From positions 1-64,000 of the forward strand of contig JAKQQL010000215.1 of assembly GCA_029564175.1 (NCBI GenBank): a stretch of 64,000 nt of DNA, given 5' to 3'. Positions 29,020-36,698 of the stretch are shown piece by piece. The DNA comes from Candidatus Cloacimonadota bacterium (GTDB taxonomy: Bacteria > Cloacimonadota > Cloacimonadia > Cloacimonadales > WRIO01). The translations under genes and the position numbers were made by a program. Under the pieces are notes generated by a model. That model had not been told where the DNA came from. It did not search any database and worked only from the letters and a program-made list of their open reading frames with translations. Position 1 is the first letter of the stretch; every line of letters starts with the position of its first letter.

Positions 29020-30006
29020 TTAACCTAATAACTTCATTGCCATTTGTGGTAATGAGTTTGCCTGAGCAAGCATTGCTACTGCTGCTTGAGTTAATATCTG
29101 ATTACGTGTGAACTCAGTCATTTCGCTCGCGATATCGACATCTGAGATACGAGATTCAGAAGACTGGAGGTTTTCTGACTGGATTTGTAAGTTGGTAATG
29201 GTATTTTCAAGACGGTTTTGCATAGCACCTAATGATGCACGAATGTTTTCTTTTCTGGCAATTGCTGTATTCAATTTTTCTAAAGCTAACTGAGCTGCAT
29301 GTTGAGTAGAGATGGCTACATTGTTTGCTGCCATTGTTGTATTTGGACTGCCAGCATCAGCAAACAGAGAACTTGTACGGGCATCGCCAATTCTGATGAA
29401 GTAATAGTCTTCAGCGCGGTTGTTACCTGTACCAAAGTGAATTTTTACACCACCGATTACGCCACCATTATCTGTGGTTGATCCATTACTTTCTTGCCAT
29501 CCTGAGTCATTTGACCAGTTTCCTTCTTCACTAACCCATGTCTTTTTAGATGTCCAGTATCCGTTAGTTCCAGATACAGATACATTGCCATTCAGGATTT
29601 TGATACCGTTGAAGTCAGTAGCTCCGGCGATACGATCAATTTCAGCAGCCATTGCTGCAAATTCTGAATGGATGATCATGCGTTGTTCATTTGTATAAGT
29701 ACCAGTAGCAGCCTGTTCTGCCAGTTCTTTCATACGAATCAGTTTTTCGTCAATCACAGACAATGCACCTTCTGCAGTCTGAATCAATGAAATACCATCT
29801 TGTGCATTTCTAACACCCTGATTCAGCGCAGTGATTTCGGCACGCATTCCTTCACGAATTGCCAGGCCGGCAGCGTCGTCTGCAGCAGTGTTAATGCGGA
29901 GACCAGTAGAGAGTCTTTCTACCGATGTGCTTAATCTTCCGTATGAGTCTGTAAGGTTACGGGCTGTATTTTGAGCCATGAGATTATGGTTTATTACGAG
30001 TGACAT
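29020..30006 (-). CDS. fliC: Flagellin (Fla2)
   Basis: Conserved flagellin motifs; RBS AGGGAGG. Confidence 0.97.
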   Translation of the reverse strand: MSLVINHNLMAQNTARNLTDSYGRLSTSVERLSTGLRINTAADDAAGLAIREGMRAEITALNQGVRNAQDGISLIQTAEGALSVIDEKLIRMKELAEQAATGTYTNEQRMIIHSEFAAMAAEIDRIAGATDFNGIKILNGNVSVSGTNGYWTSKKTWVSEEGNWSNDSGWQESNGSTTDNGGVIGGVKIHFGTGNNRAEDYYFIRIGDARTSSLFADAGSPNTTMAANNVAISTQHAAQLALEKLNTAIARKENIRASLGAMQNRLENTITNLQIQSENLQSSESRISDVDIASEMTEFTRNQILTQAAVAMLAQANSLPQMAMKLLG

Positions 30007-30156
30007 TTTATCCTCCCTGATAATTTGTTTTTATACATCCTTGTATTTTTTGTTCGGTATTTAGTAATAATCTCAGACTATGAAATTAAGCGGGTTGTTT
30101 TTTTGGGGGGGTCTCATCATTCATCACATCTATGCGTCTTTCAAAGATCTATTAGT

Positions 30157-30183
30157 ATATCGGCTATTTGTTAAGCAACTTTA
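30157..30183 (-). promoter_or_regulatory. sigma28 promoter for Fla2-Fla5, overlapping the last codons of Fla1
   Basis: TAAAGTTG-N11-GCCGATAT, a near-perfect FliA/SigD consensus. Confidence 0.85.
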
Positions 30184-31102
30184 GCGCAATTTGTGGTAAA
30201 ATATTCGCCTGGCTTAACATAGCTGTCGCGGTTTCTGTTAACATCTGGTAAGTGGTAAACTGAGTCATTTCTTCAGCAATATCCATGTCGGAAATTTTGC
30301 TGTCAATATCACTAATTCTATCCACATGATTTTCCAGATGATTCATAGTAGAATTGAGTCTGTTTTGAAATATACCAGCGTAAATTCTGGCTTTATCTTT
30401 ATTTGCAAGTGCCGTATTGATTGCAGTTAAAGCTAATTGAGCAGCTTCCTGGGTAGATACGGCGATTTTATTGTTTGTTTGAACGTCTGGACGATAGTCT
30501 TTTAACAGTCCCTTCATTCTTAGATCATTCATTTTGAGAAAATAGAAATCTTCTGATTCTTTACTACTGTCTCCAAAATGAATCTTCAAGCCGGTCATGC
30601 TTTCTTTATCTTCATTGAGTTGTTGGTTAACTGTTTGATACCAGGAGCCCATTCTGTCAGTATTATTACGGTTTGAAAGAGTGCCATCCAATAAGTGGGT
30701 TCCTTTGAAATCAGTAAAGGTCGCAATACGATCAATTTCAATCCCCATGATTGCAAATTCAGACTGTAGTATCACTCTTTGTTCATTGGTATAAGTACCA
30801 GTAGAAACTTGTTCAGCGATTTCTTTCATTCTGATCAGAATATCACCAATTTTTTCAACAGCAGATTCAGCTGTCTGAGCCATGGAGACCGCTTCATTTA
30901 AATTGATCAATCCTGCATTATAAACGGCAATCTTACCCTTATAGATATTATGATTAGCCATTTGAACAGGATTATCTTCAGATGAATTCAGCTTAGATCC
31001 GGATGATAATCTGGATACAGCCTGATTTAGTCTGTCATAGTGTGTATGTAATCTGTTTGCAACTCTGGTTGCTGAGGTATTGATATTGATATTGAGCGAC
31101 AT
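30164..31102 (-). CDS. Divergent flagellin (Fla1)
   Basis: SRLSSGSKLNS, QTAE, RMKEIAEQ, QNRL, ISDMDIAEEMT; lacks the canonical DDAAG motif. Confidence 0.9.
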   Translation of the reverse strand: MSLNININTSATRVANRLHTHYDRLNQAVSRLSSGSKLNSSEDNPVQMANHNIYKGKIAVYNAGLINLNEAVSMAQTAESAVEKIGDILIRMKEIAEQVSTGTYTNEQRVILQSEFAIMGIEIDRIATFTDFKGTHLLDGTLSNRNNTDRMGSWYQTVNQQLNEDKESMTGLKIHFGDSSKESEDFYFLKMNDLRMKGLLKDYRPDVQTNNKIAVSTQEAAQLALTAINTALANKDKARIYAGIFQNRLNSTMNHLENHVDRISDIDSKISDMDIAEEMTQFTTYQMLTETATAMLSQANILPQIALKLLNK

Positions 31103-31247
31103 GATTCCTCCCTGATATCGCTTAGTCTCTAAAGACTGTTTTGACCGATCCCTGGTCTTATTGCGATTCTGATACCGCTTTTAGAATGTACTCTCCCCAT
31201 AACAGTAATTTACTATCTGGAAGAACACGCTAAACTAAATAAAGATA

Positions 31248-32045
31248 CTATTTAGTAGTGTCTATAAAGTGTGATTTGATGTTTCCAACAGCATATTTTG
31301 AAATTGCTTTTGAGTTTTTATCCTGCTCAGTAAGTCTGACTTTAATACTGTTCATCACACTTTGAAGATTCACGCTATTTTCATCCTCGATCTTAACGAT
31401 CTTATTCATTACATTATGTATATCGGATAAAATAGCGTCTGCTTTAATTTTATTTGGATAATCGGAAGGAAATTTTGTAAAAAACTTTAAATTTATATTT
31501 TTTTGAATAAACTCTATCTGAGTAAGTAATTCATTTTTTTGTGAGATGATTAATGCAAGCTCATCATCATCTTCATTTAATATACTTAATCTTTCATTTT
31601 CTGCGTAGGCCAGAATCTCATTATACAGTATTTTTAAGGACAATAATTTTTCAAAAATATCATCTTCTTCTGCATTATCATGGATATTTTCATTAATAAA
31701 ATCAACATCAGAGATACTTAAATCAATTTCTGCCAGTTTATTTTTGGTCATGATGATTTCTGATTCAGTATCATTAATGCCATTATTCTTTTTCTTTATA
31801 TTCAGGTATAACTTTAATTCTGCATTTCGTTTAAACAATAACAGTCTTCCTAATTCTATCATCTGATTTGGATCAAGAGAATTTATTGAATGCTGTTCGG
31901 TGAATTCCTGTTCTTTTTTTTCATGATTTTGTTTTTTTGAATGATTTCCGTTAAAGTCAAATGTTTCAGGATTGTTTTCCTTTTTTGATGTTATTCGTAA
32001 AAGTTGAGCTGAAGCCACTTTCATATAATCATTTTTTGATGCCAT
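31248..32045 (-). CDS. Hypothetical protein with a C-terminal FlgN/FliT-like export chaperone region
   Basis: LYNEILAYAENERLSILNEDDDELALIISQKNELL helix pattern; first gene of the sigma28 flagellin unit. Confidence 0.55.
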   Translation of the reverse strand: MASKNDYMKVASAQLLRITSKKENNPETFDFNGNHSKKQNHEKKEQEFTEQHSINSLDPNQMIELGRLLLFKRNAELKLYLNIKKKNNGINDTESEIIMTKNKLAEIDLSISDVDFINENIHDNAEEDDIFEKLLSLKILYNEILAYAENERLSILNEDDDELALIISQKNELLTQIEFIQKNINLKFFTKFPSDYPNKIKADAILSDIHNVMNKIVKIEDENSVNLQSVMNSIKVRLTEQDKNSKAISKYAVGNIKSHFIDTTK

Positions 32046-32171
32046 TTAGACTTCCTGTATCATTTTGACTTTATTATTTTATGCCAGGAGTTCCTACATC
32101 CTGTTTCAGTCATTTTGTTGTAATTCACTGTTTAAACTGTTTCTCATTATTCATCTCCATTCTCTACTCAT

Positions 32172-32198
32172 AAATCGGACATGATTTTATAAAGTTAA
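32172..32198 (-). promoter_or_regulatory. sigma28-type promoter upstream of the FlgN-like gene and Fla1
   Basis: TTAACTTT-N11-TCCGATTT. Confidence 0.6.
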
Positions 32199-32201
32199 GC
32201 C

Positions 32202-33851
32202 TTAATTTACATACAGGTAACGTTTGATTTTTTGGGTAGGAGTTTTTTGAAAAGGTTCATTTACCAGTTTAAATTCCTTAATTTTTGAGTGAGCAGGTAG
32301 TTGATCATTAATAATCTGTTTATTTTTTTTCATAATCTCTTCAATTTTGTTGTCTTTGATTTGATGTTTATCAATTTCTTCCAGATCTGGATAAATCAAA
32401 GCGAGTAGGTTGTTATTTTTTTCTATAACCAGTGATTCCATGATAAACTGCATATTGTTAATTTTTTGTTCTATCTCTTCAGGATAAATATTCTCACCAG
32501 ATGCACCTATAATCACATTTTTTGATCTGCCTTTTATAAAAACAAAATTTTCAGAGTCCATTATTCCTAAATCTCCTGTTTTTAACCACCCTTCAGAATC
32601 AATAACATCATCTGTGGCACTCTGATTTTTAAAATATCCAATAGTTACCTGCTCTCCTTTTACCATTATCTCTCCTGTAATCTTATAAGGGTTTGTAGAA
32701 TCAATTTTCATTTCTAGGTAATCAACGACCTGACCAGAAGAACCTAACTTTGTTTTATGCCAGTTTGCGTATGAAATTAATGGTCCGCATTCTGTCATAC
32801 CATAACCAATTGTAAAAGGAAAACCAATATTTCTTAAGAAAGATTCGACTTCTTTATTCATGGCTGCACCGCCAACAACTAATTCATCTAATCTTCCACC
32901 AAAAGCATTCATAAGACTGTTATGAATTTTTTTAAAAAGGATTTTCCGAGTCAAACTAAATTTTAGCAGTATTTGTATAGCGGGTTTTTGTAATTCCGGA
33001 TAAATCATTTTCCGATATATTTTTTCAATGATTAATGGGACACAAAGAATAATGTGTGGTTGATATTTTTTAAAGGCTTCGAGAAGAATTTTTGGTGTTG
33101 GTGTTTTATCCAGAAAATGAATATGATTTCCACATGTCAGGGGATATAAAAAATCAAAAGAACAGGCATAAGCATGTGCCAAAGGAAGAAAGGAAACCAT
33201 GTTTGCTTCCTTTTTAAATAAAAGCCGCTTGCTGGCTACTAATATATTGGCGATTAAACTATTATAAGTTAACATGACCCCTTTTGAAAAACCAGTTGTC
33301 CCTGAGGTATAAAGAAGTGCTGCCAATTGTGTATTTGGTACTTTTTTACTGAATTTAAAATCATCCTGATTAAAATAATCGTGACAATTTAACTGTAATA
33401 GTTTTGTCAGGAATTCATTGATATTATTATTTTTTTTGCTTTCAACTATTGTAAAATTATTTAAAGAAAATAAAGTATCACAAAATTTCAATTGGTCAAT
33501 ATCAATTTCTTCAGTCAGCTTATCTGATACGAAGATCAGTTTACTTTCTGAGTGATTGAGGATATGATGCAAATCTTCATTAGAAAAATTATTCAGAATG
33601 GGAACAATTGTTGCCCCGTATGTGACGGTGGAAAGGTAAACAATTCCCCAATTGACACAATTTTTGCCAATTAACGCAATTTTATCTTCATTTTTGATTT
33701 TTAATTTTTCAAAGATCTGATGCATTGTCTTTATCGCAAATGCAAGATCCTGATAACTGATTGATTCTTTTTCGTAGTTTGATAATGCAGGTAAATTCCA
33801 GAATTCTTTAATTTTTTGTTCAAAATATTCAACGAAATTTTCTTTGATCAT
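32202..33851 (-). CDS. Long-chain fatty acid-CoA ligase (AMP-binding)
   Basis: YTSGTTGFSKG, GYGMTE, TGDLG, GRSKN...GENIYPEEIE; likely start 33851. Confidence 0.92.
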   Translation of the reverse strand: MIKENFVEYFEQKIKEFWNLPALSNYEKESISYQDLAFAIKTMHQIFEKLKIKNEDKIALIGKNCVNWGIVYLSTVTYGATIVPILNNFSNEDLHHILNHSESKLIFVSDKLTEEIDIDQLKFCDTLFSLNNFTIVESKKNNNINEFLTKLLQLNCHDYFNQDDFKFSKKVPNTQLAALLYTSGTTGFSKGVMLTYNSLIANILVASKRLLFKKEANMVSFLPLAHAYACSFDFLYPLTCGNHIHFLDKTPTPKILLEAFKKYQPHIILCVPLIIEKIYRKMIYPELQKPAIQILLKFSLTRKILFKKIHNSLMNAFGGRLDELVVGGAAMNKEVESFLRNIGFPFTIGYGMTECGPLISYANWHKTKLGSSGQVVDYLEMKIDSTNPYKITGEIMVKGEQVTIGYFKNQSATDDVIDSEGWLKTGDLGIMDSENFVFIKGRSKNVIIGASGENIYPEEIEQKINNMQFIMESLVIEKNNNLLALIYPDLEEIDKHQIKDNKIEEIMKKNKQIINDQLPAHSKIKEFKLVNEPFQKTPTQKIKRYLYVN

Positions 33852-33861
33852 GTTTAAATCC

Positions 33862-34248
33862 TTAGTCATTGATTTTTGATTCTGATGGTACAGCAATCCA
33901 CAATATCAGATAAATGAGAAAACCAGAACCAAAAAACAAGCTGGTTACTATGAATAAGATTCGGATAATACTGACATCTATTTTAATTGATCTGGCAATA
34001 GCCATACATACTCCGCCTAAAAGTCGATCATTTAAAGGTCTGTAAAAATTGCTTTTAAAGCTGATATTGTAGTTTCTAACTGGTAATATTATCCACAGAA
34101 TGATGTAAACAAACAATCCTGATAGCCCGAGTAAAATGCTGATTAAGAAGATTAACCTCACAATTAAAGGGTAGATATTAAGGGTCTCGGCAATTCCTCC
34201 GCATATTCCTGCTATCATTTTGTTATTAACTGACCGATGCAGTTCCAT
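33862..34248 (-). CDS. PspC-domain protein (two tandem PspC domains)
   Basis: RS...MIAGICGGIAE and R...RLLGGVCMAIA, each followed by a TM and YxILWI. Confidence 0.9.
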   Translation of the reverse strand: MELHRSVNNKMIAGICGGIAETLNIYPLIVRLIFLISILLGLSGLFVYIILWIILPVRNYNISFKSNFYRPLNDRLLGGVCMAIARSIKIDVSIIRILFIVTSLFFGSGFLIYLILWIAVPSESKIND

Positions 34249-34260
34249 TTTCCCTCCTTC

Positions 34261-36606
34261 TTACTGATTATCTGGGTTTAATACCTGATTTATTTTACTG
34301 GAAAGTTCTTGAAGACTAATTGGTTTAATGATATAATCTGATATTTTGAATTTTTCTATACTTTCATTAGTTAGGAACTCAGAGTATCCTGTACACAAAA
34401 TTATTGGAATATCGTCTGAGATGATTCGAATTCTTTGGATTAAATCAATGCCTGATATTTTTGGCATTGTCATATCTGTAATTATTAAATCAAAACTATC
34501 AGGGTTTTCCATAAAAAATTCATAAGCTTTTTCACTATCTTGAAAACAAATACCTGTATAATTAAGTTTTTGTAGCATTTGATCAGCAATCTGGATAATA
34601 GATGATTCATCATCTATAAAGAGTACCTTTTGTTGACTTCCCTTATAAATTACAGATTCATTAGAATCTGAAGACATATTTTCCAGATAATTGGGAATAT
34701 AAATATGGAAAGTTGTACCAATTTGTTCGGTTGACTCTACTTTGATGAAGCCTTGCATTGACAAAACAATCCCGTGAACTACAGCTAATCCAAGTCCGGT
34801 TCCTTCGCCAGCAGGTTTAGTAGTAAAGTATGGATCAAAGATACGTGTGAGATAATGTTGTGGGATTCCTTTTCCTGTATCGGAGATGGAAATATGGATA
34901 TATTCTCCAGGTTTAAAGCCAATCTGTTCTTCATCAAATGTATTGATAAATTCCTGTGAAAGTAGAATTGTAATTCTACCGCCAGTATCTTTCATTGCAT
35001 GATAGGAGTTAGTACATAGATTCATAAGAATTTGATGAATTTGGGTTGGATCTCCTAAAATAGTGTCTTGTTTTGTCTGAAATTTCTGATTGATATCAAT
35101 CGTTGCAGGAATACTGGCTCTTAGTAGTTTTAATGATTCTTTTATAACCGGAATAATTCTTAAAGGTCTGAATTTTGATTCACTCTGACGACTGAAGGTT
35201 AAAATCTGACCAATGAGTTCTTTGGCTCTTTGGGATGCATTTAATATTTGCTTGATATTGGCATAAAGGGGATTAGACTCATCTAAATCATAGATTGATA
35301 ATTCTGCAAAACCAAGGATGGCTGTTAATATATTGTTAAAATCATGCGCTATACCACCCGCAAGGGTTCCTATTGCTTCAAGCTTTTGAGCTTGTCTGAG
35401 TTGTCTTTCCAGTTCAATTTCATGTGTTATCTCTCTAAATATGACAATATAATGAGATAAATCGACTAGGTTTTGTTTGGCACTTTTTTCTGAGTGTTGA
35501 TAATAATTGATTTTATTGATTGAAACAGAATAGGTGTGTGAGATTTTATCATGGGCAATGCTTTTTATTTGCCCTTTCCAGCTTTGACGATTTTGAATGC
35601 AGTTTTTTAACTGAATCAGAAAATGATTATCTACATTATCACTCATCTCAAAGATATTCACAGAATTCGCTTGTCTGGAAGGCAAAATGTTTTCAGAGGA
35701 ATTCATACATGTACAAAAAAAATCTAAAGAATTAAAAATATTGTTTGAGTATAATATTTCTCCTTGATTAGATAACATGACAATTCCTATAGAACTGTCT
35801 TCCAGGGATTCAATTAAACACTTTGAATTTTGGTTACTTTCAATCAGCTTAGTAATATCATCAATAAAGAAGAAAATATAGGTCTGATGATCTTTTTTGA
35901 TTAATTTGCTATTAAGGGATAAATAACTGATTTTTTGATCTTGTCCTTTAATCTCTAATGTAATATTATTAAGTAGATTTTCTGTACACAAATCCTTTTG
36001 ATTTAAGTCTAAACTGATTTGATAATCTTTTAATATCTCTGTCAGGTTTTTGCTTAACAATTCTGCCTTGGATCTTTGAAACAAAACAGAACTTTGATTA
36101 TTTGCATATATAACATCAAGGGACTCATTGATAACAAGAATTCCTTGAAGACTCAAATCTGGAATCAAACTAAAATATTCGTCATTCTTTCTAGAATGAT
36201 GCTCTGAGTTTTTATTGAAATCCAGGCAAGTCAGCAGGATAAAATTAATGTCACAACTCTCAGTGAAAATTGGAAAATATTGAAACTCAACACTTGATAC
36301 ATTACCAAACTGATCGCTGAGATTAACCTGCTCAATTAAAAGATTTCCTTCAAATGCTTTGTCAATATCTTGAGGAAGCTTTTCATGAAATTTACTTATT
36401 TCTTTCCAGTTGATTTCTGTTGCTGATCGTTTTACTGAAAAATATTTTTTTAACAAATGGCGACCAGCTGTATTTTGTCTATATATAATACCGTCTTTCC
36501 GAATTAAAAATTGTGCCTGCAAACTGTTGTTTAAAAATATATCAAGTATTTCTTTATCACTTATACTTATATTCATTTTATTCTCACATTTATCATGATG
36601 TAACAA
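34261..36606 (-). CDS. PAS-domain hybrid histidine kinase / response regulator
   Basis: QAQKLEAIGTLAGGIAHDFNN; NLCTNS; DTGKG; FTTK; GTGLGL; receiver DMTMP. Confidence 0.93.
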   Translation of the reverse strand: MLHHDKCENKMNISISDKEILDIFLNNSLQAQFLIRKDGIIYRQNTAGRHLLKKYFSVKRSATEINWKEISKFHEKLPQDIDKAFEGNLLIEQVNLSDQFGNVSSVEFQYFPIFTESCDINFILLTCLDFNKNSEHHSRKNDEYFSLIPDLSLQGILVINESLDVIYANNQSSVLFQRSKAELLSKNLTEILKDYQISLDLNQKDLCTENLLNNITLEIKGQDQKISYLSLNSKLIKKDHQTYIFFFIDDITKLIESNQNSKCLIESLEDSSIGIVMLSNQGEILYSNNIFNSLDFFCTCMNSSENILPSRQANSVNIFEMSDNVDNHFLIQLKNCIQNRQSWKGQIKSIAHDKISHTYSVSINKINYYQHSEKSAKQNLVDLSHYIVIFREITHEIELERQLRQAQKLEAIGTLAGGIAHDFNNILTAILGFAELSIYDLDESNPLYANIKQILNASQRAKELIGQILTFSRQSESKFRPLRIIPVIKESLKLLRASIPATIDINQKFQTKQDTILGDPTQIHQILMNLCTNSYHAMKDTGGRITILLSQEFINTFDEEQIGFKPGEYIHISISDTGKGIPQHYLTRIFDPYFTTKPAGEGTGLGLAVVHGIVLSMQGFIKVESTEQIGTTFHIYIPNYLENMSSDSNESVIYKGSQQKVLFIDDESSIIQIADQMLQKLNYTGICFQDSEKAYEFFMENPDSFDLIITDMTMPKISGIDLIQRIRIISDDIPIILCTGYSEFLTNESIEKFKISDYIIKPISLQELSSKINQVLNPDNQ

Positions 36607-36698
36607 TATTAAGGATTTAGACTTATTTCGTCAAGTATTATTTTTGAATAAAAAAGTTTGGTCATAATAAACTTGATTTTAAATAATATATGATGGAA

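Noticed and set aside
25664..29698. Several 60-83-aa ORFs overlapping the flagellins, and similar short overlapping ORFs elsewhere
   Set aside because: Shadow or alternate-frame ORFs of well-supported genes; their recurrence reflects flagellin paralogy.
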